A DNA stretch of 32,000 nucleotides from Bermanella sp. WJH001 (GCF_030070105.2 NZ_CP194951.1:537981-569980), one strand, 5' to 3'. Positions 1-8,821 are shown, numbered from the stretch's first letter. Notes: generated from the letters alone by a model not told the origin. Numbers and translations: made by a program.

Positions 1-141
1 CAGCGCTTCATTGTCGTCAAGGGGTTGTAAATCTTTATAATTGTGCATTTCGGGAAAAGCATTGGTCGAAATTGACCAGAAAAATATGACTAGATATGTA
101 TATTTTAAAAAAAGCATTCTCATCCTTGATTTTTTATTGTT

Positions 142-972
142 TTAAAATTTATTTTTTATGTTAGATAGACTTGATGTTAGAGGTGTTAATTTCCCATGCA
201 GCATAGGATTAGAACGAAGGGCATCAATTCGTGATTGTGTGTTAGGGTGGGTATTAAAAAACTCAACGCTTAAATCATTGCCATGTTCGTTAAGCATGGC
301 AGTAAAGAATTCATCAGCACCTTGGGTGTGGCCATAAATTTCGCCAATGGTTCTCAGAGCAGAGGTGTCAGCTTCTCTTTCCATATCACGATTAAAGCGC
401 AGCAAGGTTATGAGCCCAGCTTGATTTAATAATGTACCGGCTGAGCTATCAGAAAAAATCATGGCGCTTACTAATTGAATAATCAACCCGCGGCTTAATG
501 ATTGAATGGGGTGGCGGTGTTGAATATGGGCCATTTCATGGGCCAGTACCATGGCTAAACCATTTTCACTTTTAATATTTTTAATTAAACCTGTGGTCAC
601 AAAGATTTGTCCGCCAAGGGTAGCAAATGCATTTGGCGTGTCATCATCAAGTAGCTGCACGTTATAACTAATATCGATTTGATTTTGCGGTGCGAGTTTG
701 TGCAATAAGTCTTGCAAGGCGATCTGTGCCTCTTGCATGATTTGATTTTCTTCTTCTGCTTCATCTGCTTGAATAACCACAGACGACACCCAAGATTTCT
801 CCCACGCAAACGGAATATAAGGGGAAAGGGCTTGTGCAAAGTATGTCACGCAAGCCACAAACACAACGATGGTTAGCACAACCCCAGTCACCAGTAGAAA
901 AAATTCTTTTAATGGCTGTTCTTGTGATGTGTTGATGCCCTCTGGAAACTTAGGATTTTGTTTTGTTGTCAT
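142..972 (-). CDS. M48 family zinc metallopeptidase, membrane anchored
   Basis: The 276-aa ORF has an HEMAH zinc motif (LAHEMAHIQHRH) and a downstream EREAD glutamate. An N-terminal hydrophobic helix (FFLLVTGVVLTIVVFVACV) is present. The start overlaps the upstream stop as ATGA at 969-972. Confidence 0.85.
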   Translation of the reverse strand: MTTKQNPKFPEGINTSQEQPLKEFFLLVTGVVLTIVVFVACVTYFAQALSPYIPFAWEKSWVSSVVIQADEAEEENQIMQEAQIALQDLLHKLAPQNQIDISYNVQLLDDDTPNAFATLGGQIFVTTGLIKNIKSENGLAMVLAHEMAHIQHRHPIQSLSRGLIIQLVSAMIFSDSSAGTLLNQAGLITLLRFNRDMEREADTSALRTIGEIYGHTQGADEFFTAMLNEHGNDLSVEFFNTHPNTQSRIDALRSNPMLHGKLTPLTSSLSNIKNKF

Positions 973-1427
973 GACTTAGCAATCATTCCTGTGCCATAGG
1001 CCAGGACTTCAATTGATCCTAAACTTTTGTTGGCATTGCCAGAAATACGGCTGGTTTCGAACTTTGTATTTATGATTGCTTGCGCGCCGATGTCACTGGC
1101 CTCTTGTTGCATACGTAAAATGGCTTCACGGCGAGCTCGATCGAGTAATGATTCATAAGAGGTTAAGTGACCACCTACCAAGGTTTTTAAACCGGCAATA
1201 ATGACTTTAAAATAATCCACTGAAATTACCACACTGCCCATTACTAACTGAGTGTCATGGCGAATGTATTCTCCGCTTGGCAGGCGTTCGGTTGAAACAA
1301 AAATATGTCGAAACTGATCTTCGCGTTGGCTAATACTTTGATAGTGCTTTTTTTCAGCACGACGACCAAAAAAATAGCCTAAAAAAATCAGGGTGATGAA
1401 TATCCCAAGTTGGATAAAACTTTCCAT
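969..1427 (-). CDS. YbjQ/UPF0145-family protein with N-terminal transmembrane anchor
   Basis: The 152-aa ORF starts with a TM helix (IQLGIFITLIFLGYFF). The C-terminal region has a YbjQ-like pattern (GGHLTSYESLLDRARREA...GAQAIIN...LAYGTG). A GAGGG Shine-Dalgarno sits 6 nt upstream, and the start lies 2 nt after the upstream stop. Confidence 0.8.
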   Translation of the reverse strand: MESFIQLGIFITLIFLGYFFGRRAEKKHYQSISQREDQFRHIFVSTERLPSGEYIRHDTQLVMGSVVISVDYFKVIIAGLKTLVGGHLTSYESLLDRARREAILRMQQEASDIGAQAIINTKFETSRISGNANKSLGSIEVLAYGTGMIAKS

Positions 1428-1429
1428 GT

Positions 1430-1747
1430 TTAGCCCTCAATGATAACCGCAGTACCGTAGGCTAAAATCTCAGATGCACCAGCTGTAATGGAGGACGTAG
1501 AAAAGCGCACATTGATCACTGCATTAGCACCAATGGCTTTTGCTTGCTCGCACATACGATCAACGGCTTCTTGACGGGATTCTTGTAGTAACTCGGTATA
1601 CCCTTTTAACTCACCACCCACGATATTTTTAAAGCCTGCCATGATATCTCGACCGGCATGTTTTGCACGCACCGTACTGCCTTGTACAAGCCCAAGATGA
1701 TTGCTAACACGTTTGCCTGGGATAATTTCAATATTGCTGATGAGCAT
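1430..1747 (-). CDS. YbjQ/UPF0145-family protein (soluble paralog)
   Basis: The sequence MLISNIEIIPGKRV...GGELKGYTELLQESRQEA...GANAVINVRF...LAYGTAV colinearly resembles E. coli YbjQ (about 105 aa). I moved the start to the ATG at 1747, which has an AAGGA Shine-Dalgarno 5 nt upstream. The 150-aa track ORF (to 1882) adds a non-homologous extension. Confidence 0.8.
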   Translation of the reverse strand: MLISNIEIIPGKRVSNHLGLVQGSTVRAKHAGRDIMAGFKNIVGGELKGYTELLQESRQEAVDRMCEQAKAIGANAVINVRFSTSSITAGASEILAYGTAVIIEG

Positions 1748-1908
1748 GTTGATCCTTAACATAGAAGTAGATAAATCAGGCGAGGGAATTTGCCAGAAAA
1801 TCACAATAAAGTCGAATCCAGTTTTTAGATGCGCCGCGATTAACCTGTGTGAAAAGAGTATGTATGGCCACTGCAGTCCCACAAATAAAATTTGATTATC
1901 CTTATCGA

Positions 1909-2039
1909 AAAAACGTCACTCCCGACGCGCGCAGCGCTTTGATCGGGGATCCACTTCTACTTTTGTGAAAGATTTGAGTGTTTCATCGGTGAGATTATGG
2001 AATTGAACCCTCGTGTTCGCGGGGGAGACGTTGATTTTC
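1909..2039 (+). repeat. Dispersed intergenic GC-hairpin element, copy A (about 130 nt)
   Basis: It aligns along its length with 22635-22785. Shared blocks are AAAACGT, CCCGACGCGCG(C/A)AGCGCTTTGATCGGGGA, ACTTTTGTGAA, TGAGTGTTTCATC and GGGGG..CGTTGA. It contains the hairpin TCCCGA/TCGGGGA. Confidence 0.6.
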
Positions 2040-2161
2040 TATTAATTTTCAAACTATGGGGCAGTAGTGCATGTGTGACAACTTTTACAGTCGCTGCCAT
2101 GAAACAGGTGGGAGTGTGCTTGCACGGGACAAGCCAATTAGAAACACGGAACTAAAGGCAT

Positions 2162-2202
2162 AAAAAAACCGTTTACACATAAAGCGTAAACGGTTTGATT
2201 TT
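2162..2202. terminator. Bidirectional rho-independent terminator
   Basis: A 9-bp stem ACCGTTTAC/GTAAACGGT with a 9-nt loop is flanked by A7 on the left and TTGATTTT on the right. On the minus strand the hairpin is followed by TTTTTTT, so it closes the thiolase transcript after the heptamer array. Confidence 0.7.
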
Positions 2203-2203
2203 G

Positions 2204-2315
2204 TCTAACGTCTAACGTCTAACGTCTAACGTCTAACGTCTAACGTCTAACGTCTAACGTCTAACGTCTAACGTCTAACGTCTAACGTCTAACGTCTAAC
2301 GTCTAACGTCTAACG
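2204..2315. repeat. Perfect heptanucleotide tandem array (TCTAACG)x16
   Basis: I counted 16 uninterrupted identical copies (112 nt). The array ends 1 nt before the thiolase stop codon (2317-2319) and reads CGUUAGA x16 in the thiolase 3' UTR. Confidence 0.98.
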
Positions 2316-2316
2316 A

Positions 2317-3504
2317 TTAAATCAATTCAATCGCCATAGCTGTCGCTTCACCGCCACCAATACAAAGTGCCGCAACCCCTTTGGTTTTGCCTTTTACTTT
2401 CAGTGCGTTCATTAGGGTTACAATTAAACGTGAACCCGTTGAACCCACTGGGTGGCCTTGTGCACAAGCACCACCAAAAATGTTCACAGTTTCAGGGTCT
2501 AAACCTAGATCCAAGATTGGCATCATGGCAACCATGGCAAACGCTTCGTTGATCTCAAATAAATCAACATCGTTTTTAGTCCAACCTGTTTTAGCAAATA
2601 AGTTTTCAATGGCGCCAACAGGAGCAATGGTGAACTCACTAGGGTGTTGTGATTGTGTGGCGTGACCCACAATACGCGCAAGAGGCTTAAGGCCACGTGC
2701 AGCCGCTTCGCTTTCGCTCATTAATAACAGTGCAGACGCACCGTCAGAAATGGATGACGCGTTAGCAGCAGTAATGGTGCCGTCTTTTTTAAATGCTGGG
2801 CGAAGCGTTGGGATTTTTTCAATGTTCGCATTAAAAGGCTGCTCGTCATGCTCAACAACGGTTTCACCACGACGATTGGTAACCGTCACAGGTACGATTT
2901 CATCTTTTAGTAAACCCGCTTCAATAGCGGCTTTTGCACGGCTTAAAGATTGAATGGCGTAGTTATCCATGTCTTCACGGCTGTAGCCTTTTTTATCAGC
3001 AACGTCTTGCGCAAAGCTGCCCATTAAGCGACCGGTTTCAGCGTCTTCTAGGCCATCTAAAAACATGTGGTCCATTGCTTGATCCGCATGGCCCATACGG
3101 TAACCTTTACGTGCGTTTGGCAAAATATAAGGCGCGTTAGACATGCTCTCCATACCGCCCGCGATCATCACTGTATTCGTACCAGCCTTGATTAGATCGT
3201 GTGCAAACATAGTGGCTTTCATACCTGAGCCACACAATTTGTTGATAGTGGTCGCACCGGTGAAATCAGGTAAACCTGCTTTACGCATGGCCTGACGAGC
3301 AGGGCCTTGTTTTAAGCCAGCAGGTAATACGTTACCCATGATCACTTCTTGAACATCTTCTGGTTTTAAACCAGCGCGCTCAACCACCTCTTTAATAACA
3401 ATGGCACCCAGATCAGTGGCAGAAACCTCAGAAAGGCTACCCTGAAAACCACCCATAGGTGTACGCACACCACTTACGATTACAACAGAATCTTGATTAG
3501 ACAT
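2317..3504 (-). CDS. Acetyl-CoA C-acetyltransferase / thiolase II
   Basis: Thiolase signatures are present: NKLCGSGMKA (nucleophilic Cys), GHPVGSTGSR, and CIGGGEATAMAIE near the C-terminus. I moved the start to the ATG at 3504 (MSNQDSVVIVSGVRTPMGGF), which has GAGG 6 nt upstream. The track ORF start at 3597 adds 31 unrelated residues. Confidence 0.95.
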   Translation of the reverse strand: MSNQDSVVIVSGVRTPMGGFQGSLSEVSATDLGAIVIKEVVERAGLKPEDVQEVIMGNVLPAGLKQGPARQAMRKAGLPDFTGATTINKLCGSGMKATMFAHDLIKAGTNTVMIAGGMESMSNAPYILPNARKGYRMGHADQAMDHMFLDGLEDAETGRLMGSFAQDVADKKGYSREDMDNYAIQSLSRAKAAIEAGLLKDEIVPVTVTNRRGETVVEHDEQPFNANIEKIPTLRPAFKKDGTITAANASSISDGASALLLMSESEAAARGLKPLARIVGHATQSQHPSEFTIAPVGAIENLFAKTGWTKNDVDLFEINEAFAMVAMMPILDLGLDPETVNIFGGACAQGHPVGSTGSRLIVTLMNALKVKGKTKGVAALCIGGGEATAMAIELI

Positions 3505-3784
3505 AACAAACCTCATACTGAAACAGGGCACACCCTGGGAAGACCCACTTAAGCGAGCCAAGGAATAAAGGGCGCAAATTGTAGCAAGCTTCGCCAAAAG
3601 CCACCATGGTCAGCTTACTTGAGTGAAGCCGTGTTTGAATATTGTACTTAGGCCACAAAATTAACCTTTTTTGACCGTAAATGTATGAATTGGAAGCATA
3701 TTTACCTTGCTGAGCGCTCAAAAAGACTTCATATTGGCTGCACTTAGTGTAATCACTCTAAAAGTAGAACAGATGTACCGTGTT

Positions 3785-3798
3785 CAAACGGTTGTTTG
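3785..3798. promoter_or_regulatory. CAAAC-N4-GTTTG inverted repeat (PsrA-type fatty-acid-responsive operator form)
   Basis: The sequence CAAACGGTTGTTTG lies in the thiolase/lipase divergent intergenic region. It fits the published PsrA box form (G/C)AAAC-N2-4-GTTT(G/C). No TetR/PsrA gene is in the window. Confidence 0.3.
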
Positions 3799-3811
3799 AT
3801 TAAAAACGTCA

Positions 3812-3837
3812 ATTAACCCCCCTGCTATGGGGTTAAT
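3812..3837. promoter_or_regulatory. 9-bp perfect inverted repeat ATTAACCCC-N8-GGGGTTAAT
   Basis: Read directly from the sequence. It lies about 120 nt upstream of the lipase ATG and may be an operator or a small hairpin. Confidence 0.3.
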
Positions 3838-3956
3838 CATACTTTAGTGTGATCTTATTTGAGTGGCCCTTAGATATATTCGGGGCTGTTCAATGGTCTA
3901 TGGCCTCAACAATTAAGCAAGTCCTAACAATCATAAAAACAAGGGGAACTACTCCT

Positions 3957-6794
3957 ATGCTTAAAAAATCCCTATTAAGCCTTGCCGTCACCACCTCGCT
4001 GGTGGGACTTGCAGGCTGTAATATCAGCAGCACCTCAGACAACACAGGCACCAAGCCTGTTGTGCAAACTCAAAATGAGACACAGGCTTCTACCAAGGTT
4101 TACCCATTGTTTAACCCAGCTCGCTCAGTGCTGCCGGTGGGTATCGATTTATTATTTGCTAAAGCATCAACCACTGACGGCACAGCAGATGTAGGTAATG
4201 ACCAAGGTAACCCAGTTAAAAAAGCATTGAACGATATGGACGGTATTTCGACTCTTGCTCCTATCGATGTTCAGTTTAATAAATCTATTGACCCTACGTC
4301 TGCGGTTGCGGGTTCAACTGTATTCCTAGTGAAGCTACCAAATGCTGCGAGTGTTGGTGATGCCGTAGCAAACCAAGTATTGCCAACGGTTTATGATTAT
4401 GGTGATGGAGAGGGTGCTGTCGCTACTAAGCCAGTTGATGCATTGAGCTTAGCTACAATCGCGCCATTTTTTGCAACTACTAAAGTAGATGGTACGGCAG
4501 CAGCCAGCCAGTTAGAAACGGTTGCGGCTCGTAATTTATTTGGTACTACTTTTGATGGAAGCGATCCTGCCACGATTACAGATGGTTTATTAGCTGATCA
4601 GCCTAAACCTGGTGTTGATTACGAAGTAGTAGTGGTTGGTCTTGATGGTACTGATGATAATACCATTCGCATTAATCCACTTAAGCCATTAGACAGCAAA
4701 ACCAAGTATGTAGTATTTGTTACAGGTTCGGTTAAGGATGCCAGTGGCGCTAAAGTTTCCCCATCACCTGATTATGCCTCTATTACAGGCACTGGTGACC
4801 TAGTATCGCCATCACTTGCACCAGTAAGAACGCTTGTTGATACACTTGAGCAATTAGGCGGTCAAATCTTGACTTCTGGTGGCACTAATCTGACCCCTTT
4901 AGCTGACGGGATTGTGTTCTCTGCACCGTTTACAACAACCGACCCTGATACGGTTCTGAAGTCTATGGCAGATCCAGGTTATTGGGCGCCAAACGTTATT
5001 ACTAATAATACAATTGCGGATGCGGTTATTACTGCAGGTGGTATTGATGCATCCGGTGTGGCTGATGCTGCAAAAATTCCAACTGCAATCGGAGTGGCGC
5101 GTGCAGCTCTTACTGCGGCTAATCCAAATTTAGGGAATGCTACAGCATACGAACACCCTCGTGCTCGTACTGTTGAGACAATTCTAGTTGCTGCAAATAC
5201 GGCTTTACGTTTGACACCTGCTCAGATAACAGCGGAATTTGATACGCCTTTAACTGAAGACGTAAAAGTTGGTCAAGCTGCCATTGAATTACCACAGTAC
5301 ACGGCCAAGTTTGATGCTACAGATGCGACCACTTTTTCTGACATCTGGAGTGGCAATGCAACAGTAGGTGCGGTTCTTGATGGAGCATTAGGTCAAGATA
5401 GTGGTACTACCCCTCCAAGTGATACTGATGAGTCTAAAAATGTGACTTATCGTTTTCCGTTTGCCATGGAAAAACGTAAGGCGGTTGTGCCATTCTTAAC
5501 GTTTGAACCTCAGGCTGGTAGTACAGGCCCTGGTGGTGCTGGTTGTACTAAGCCGGGAGCAGGTTGGCCTGTTGTTATCATGCAACATGGTTTTACTTCC
5601 GACCGTACTGGGAACTTGATTAACGGCATTAAAGTGGCGGATCTAACCTGTCATGCGGTTATCGCAATGGATCTTCCTCATCACGGTATCGCGCCAACGA
5701 ATGATGCTTTAGCCTTGAATGTGGATTACACAAATTCAACTGATGCGACAAAGACACCATTTGCAGCAGCTATTGCGTCAACCGTTGCAGCGGCAACGAC
5801 AGCAGAAACACTAGATCAAACCATTCTTGATGATATTGCAGAGCGTCATGAAGGTTTCTACGGAGTATCCGGTGCACCAACACCTGTGACTTATGCTGAT
5901 GATCCTGATAATGGCGTTGGCGGTTCAGGTAGTCTTTGGATTCGTTTAGATAACTTCCAGCGTACTCGTGACAACGTTCGTCAAGCGGTAATGGATTTGA
6001 TGAATCTAAATGCATCACTAGGAAATATTGATCTAGATGGTGACGGTAATCCAGACTTAGATACAACTAAGGTTAATTATATCGGCCACTCTTTAGGAGC
6101 TATTGTAGGTACAACCTTTATTGCGGTTAACAACCAGTCAGCGAACACAAACCTTTACCCTATCAATAAGGCTGTGTTAGCAACTCCTGGTGGTCATTTA
6201 ACCAAGTTGATTGAAAACTCTGTTGGCATTGGTGCAGACGTGATTGCAGGCTTAGGTGGTCTTGGTATTACTCAGGGTAGTTCAAGCTTTGAAAGCTATA
6301 TGAAAGTATTCCAAGCTACTGTTGATTCAGGTGATCCAATGAACTTCATCTCTGAATTGAGTGCAACAGGTGTGAATATTCCAACTGTAATTGTGGGTAT
6401 GTATGGCTCACTGCAAGACGGTGTTCCGGGTGATCTAGTTGTACCTGTAAACGGTGACGGTATCCAAGTAGCAGCAGATACTTTTGTACTTGCTGACGGT
6501 TCAACCAGTCAGCCAGAAACAGCTCGTAACCCGCTAACAGGTTTAGACTCAATGCTAACTTTAATTGGTGCTGAAAATATTAAAGATACACCAACAGGTA
6601 CCAAGTATGTGGCTAAGTATAACGAAGGTGGTCACGGTACGTTCTCATCTGCTGGTACTCGCGGAACAGGTGCGCCTAACTTTGATTCAGCCGATGCTTT
6701 TGCTGAAATGCTAAATCAAACAGTGACGTTATTGCTAACAGGTACTCCAGCAATTAATGATGGCGACTTATTAATCTCTGATGTAACGCCTTAA
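3957..6794 (+). CDS. Large surface lipoprotein lipase, VolA/Pla-1-like (GHSLG serine hydrolase)
   Basis: The start at ATG 3957 (MLKKSLLSLAVTTSLVGLAGCN) gives a signal peptide plus an LAGC lipobox with Asn at +2. The nucleophile elbow GHSLG lies at 6084-6098, with MQHGF oxyanion-type and GGHGT motifs also present. The long T/A/G-rich N-terminal region resembles the bacterial virulence-factor lipase N-terminal region. A GGGGA Shine-Dalgarno is upstream. Confidence 0.85.
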   Translation: MLKKSLLSLAVTTSLVGLAGCNISSTSDNTGTKPVVQTQNETQASTKVYPLFNPARSVLPVGIDLLFAKASTTDGTADVGNDQGNPVKKALNDMDGISTLAPIDVQFNKSIDPTSAVAGSTVFLVKLPNAASVGDAVANQVLPTVYDYGDGEGAVATKPVDALSLATIAPFFATTKVDGTAAASQLETVAARNLFGTTFDGSDPATITDGLLADQPKPGVDYEVVVVGLDGTDDNTIRINPLKPLDSKTKYVVFVTGSVKDASGAKVSPSPDYASITGTGDLVSPSLAPVRTLVDTLEQLGGQILTSGGTNLTPLADGIVFSAPFTTTDPDTVLKSMADPGYWAPNVITNNTIADAVITAGGIDASGVADAAKIPTAIGVARAALTAANPNLGNATAYEHPRARTVETILVAANTALRLTPAQITAEFDTPLTEDVKVGQAAIELPQYTAKFDATDATTFSDIWSGNATVGAVLDGALGQDSGTTPPSDTDESKNVTYRFPFAMEKRKAVVPFLTFEPQAGSTGPGGAGCTKPGAGWPVVIMQHGFTSDRTGNLINGIKVADLTCHAVIAMDLPHHGIAPTNDALALNVDYTNSTDATKTPFAAAIASTVAAATTAETLDQTILDDIAERHEGFYGVSGAPTPVTYADDPDNGVGGSGSLWIRLDNFQRTRDNVRQAVMDLMNLNASLGNIDLDGDGNPDLDTTKVNYIGHSLGAIVGTTFIAVNNQSANTNLYPINKAVLATPGGHLTKLIENSVGIGADVIAGLGGLGITQGSSSFESYMKVFQATVDSGDPMNFISELSATGVNIPTVIVGMYGSLQDGVPGDLVVPVNGDGIQVAADTFVLADGSTSQPETARNPLTGLDSMLTLIGAENIKDTPTGTKYVAKYNEGGHGTFSSAGTRGTGAPNFDSADAFAEMLNQTVTLLLTGTPAINDGDLLISDVTP

Positions 6795-6841
6795 TTAAGA
6801 CCTAAACCATGACAAAAAATATAAATAATAAGAGGTCTGGA

Positions 6842-8779
6842 ATGAATAAATTAAAAACCTTAACACTAGCTGTTGCCGCCATCAGTGCGGCTAGCAGCCA
6901 AGCGATAGAATTTGAAGCGGGGCCAATAACGGCCCAGCTAAATACCAGCTTATCTTGGGGTGTGGCAATGCGCACCGAAGACCCAGATACAGCTCACATT
7001 CACCCAGCTAACGCAGCAGCAATCGGTATGCCGGTTGCCAATACTCAAGCGGGTTCAACGTATAACTATGATGACGGTACCCTTAACTACGAGAAAAATG
7101 ATCTGATCAGTAATGTTGTTAAAGGCAACATGGATCTAGAGCTTGTATGGGGCGACGCGGGTGCGTTTGTTCGTGGTACCGCGTTTTACGATACGGTGAT
7201 TATGGATGAAGATCCAAACTTCAAGCCTTATAACGATGAAACCAAGGATGCCGCGGGTAAAGGTTATGACCTACTTGATGCGTTTGTTTGGTACAACACG
7301 TATATGGGCGATACGCCGGTATCGTTGCGTTTAGGTCGTCAAGTGGTGAGCTGGGGTGAAAGTACCTTTATTCAAGGTGGTATCAACTCTATTAACCCAA
7401 TTAACGCCTCAGCGGTTCGTAAGCCAGGTGTTGAAGTAAAAGAAGTGTTGTTGCCAGTTAACATGGCCTACGGCTCGTTTGGTTTAACTGATAACGTTAC
7501 CTTAGAAGCGTTTTACCAACTAGAGTGGGAGAAAACCCGTGTCGATGGTTGTGGTACTTTCTTCTCGACCGCTGACTTCGTAGCGGACGGTTGTGGTCCT
7601 GTAATCTTGGGCGGTATCTCTGATGAGCGTCAAATCCTAGAAGATTACCAAAACGGTTCTGGCGCCATGCCAATTGCCACCTATAACAGAACGGACGAAC
7701 CTTCTGATGATGGCCAATATGGTTTAGCTCTACGTTGGTACTCTGAAGCACTAGGTGATACTGAGTTTGGTTTGTACTTCATGAATATTCATAGTCGAGT
7801 GCCTATGATTTCAGGTTTTGCAGCCAACACTATCGACCCTGCAGATGGAAGTCCTTTCAACGCCTCAAACGATTTTGGTGCGTATCCTGAGTACATCATT
7901 AAATACCCAGAAGACATCAAGTTAATGGGTGTATCTTTCAACCGTACACTGGATAGCGGCTGGTCTATTAGTGGTGAAGTGAGCATGACGCAAGATCGCC
8001 CAATTCAGCACAATACCTTTGAGCTGCTATTGGCGGGTAACTTGTTACAAACGTCTAAACTGTTTAAACAGCGTTACGAAGAAGCAACCGGTAATACGTT
8101 AGATATCAATGACCCTGCTCAAGTGAGAGCTGCTAAAGAAGCTTTAGCTGGTGAAGAGTTTGATGGTTTTGACCGTATGGATGTTGTGCAAGCACAAATG
8201 ACCTTCTTGCGTTTCTTTGACCAAGTAATGGGTGCCTCTCGTTTAACTTTCATCAGTGAAGTGGGTGTTACTCATATCCCTGATTTACCAGACCGTTCAG
8301 ATGCGCGTTATGGCCGTAGCGGTACTACTGGTATGGGTGGATTCACTCCTGTTGCTCACGATGCAACTGGTGATGGCATTGTAGATGGCTTTTTAACGTG
8401 TGATGCAAGTGCTACAGGTTCATTAGCACAAGGTGTTGACGGTGATGCGGGTAGTAACATCAATCCTACTTACTGTACAAATGACGGTTATGTGAATAAA
8501 ACGTCTGGCGGTATTCGTGCTCGTGCGATCCTTGATTATCCAAATGCTTTCCTTGGTGTAAATATGAAACCAGGTATCGCAGTGGGTATGGACTTTGGTA
8601 ACGGCCCAGAGCCTGCTAGCCAGTTCATTGATGAACGTATGCAGCTTGGTTTGAGTGTAAACTTTGATTACCTAAATAAATACAGTGGTGGTATTTCGTA
8701 CACCATGTTTGAAGGCGGCGATTATGATGCATTGAATGATCGCGACAATGTTAGCTTAAACCTGAAAGTGAATTTCTAA
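6842..8779 (+). CDS. DUF1302-family outer-membrane beta-barrel-like protein
   Basis: The signal peptide is MNKLKTLTLAVAAISAASSQA. The N-terminal pattern FEAGPITAQLNTSLSWGVAMRTEDPD is typical of DUF1302 as I recall it. The protein ends in an aromatic residue (KVNF). GAGG lies 7 nt upstream of the ATG at 6842. Confidence 0.85.
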   Translation: MNKLKTLTLAVAAISAASSQAIEFEAGPITAQLNTSLSWGVAMRTEDPDTAHIHPANAAAIGMPVANTQAGSTYNYDDGTLNYEKNDLISNVVKGNMDLELVWGDAGAFVRGTAFYDTVIMDEDPNFKPYNDETKDAAGKGYDLLDAFVWYNTYMGDTPVSLRLGRQVVSWGESTFIQGGINSINPINASAVRKPGVEVKEVLLPVNMAYGSFGLTDNVTLEAFYQLEWEKTRVDGCGTFFSTADFVADGCGPVILGGISDERQILEDYQNGSGAMPIATYNRTDEPSDDGQYGLALRWYSEALGDTEFGLYFMNIHSRVPMISGFAANTIDPADGSPFNASNDFGAYPEYIIKYPEDIKLMGVSFNRTLDSGWSISGEVSMTQDRPIQHNTFELLLAGNLLQTSKLFKQRYEEATGNTLDINDPAQVRAAKEALAGEEFDGFDRMDVVQAQMTFLRFFDQVMGASRLTFISEVGVTHIPDLPDRSDARYGRSGTTGMGGFTPVAHDATGDGIVDGFLTCDASATGSLAQGVDGDAGSNINPTYCTNDGYVNKTSGGIRARAILDYPNAFLGVNMKPGIAVGMDFGNGPEPASQFIDERMQLGLSVNFDYLNKYSGGISYTMFEGGDYDALNDRDNVSLNLKVNF

Positions 8780-8821
8780 CTGCTACACTTTTTGTAAGCT
8801 CATAATTGTTAAGGAATAGAT

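Noticed and set aside
1-47. Possible 5' end of a minus-strand gene (MHNYKDLQPLDDNEAL...) running off the left edge
   Set aside because: Only 16 codons are visible, with no clear RBS and no recognisable sequence. It cannot be supported from this window.
2041-2202. Possible plus-strand sRNA ending at the 2162-2202 terminator
   Set aside because: The terminator is fully explained by the thiolase transcript on the other strand. I could not find a convincing -35/-10 promoter upstream, so the call would need RNA-seq.
2204-2315. The heptamer array as a CRISPR array
   Set aside because: The repeats are 7 nt, directly abutting, with no spacers. This is a microsatellite, not a CRISPR array.
2367-3721. 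Track ORFs 2367-2552, 2381-2665, 2750-2953 and 2934-3140 (+), and 3497-3721 (-)
   Set aside because: The four + strand ORFs are antisense inside the strongly supported thiolase gene. The ORF at 3497-3721 lies in its 5' region. None has an RBS or recognisable motifs. They are typical shadow ORFs.
3849-3956. N-terminal extensions of track ORFs: lipase from 3849, thiolase to 3597, YbjQ to 1882, FadL from 15495, MinC to 29701, MshEN protein to 25813, DUF1302 from 6809
   Set aside because: In each case an internal start gives a canonical N-terminus (signal peptide, lipobox or family-typical start) with a better Shine-Dalgarno. The extensions are non-homologous or overlap terminators.
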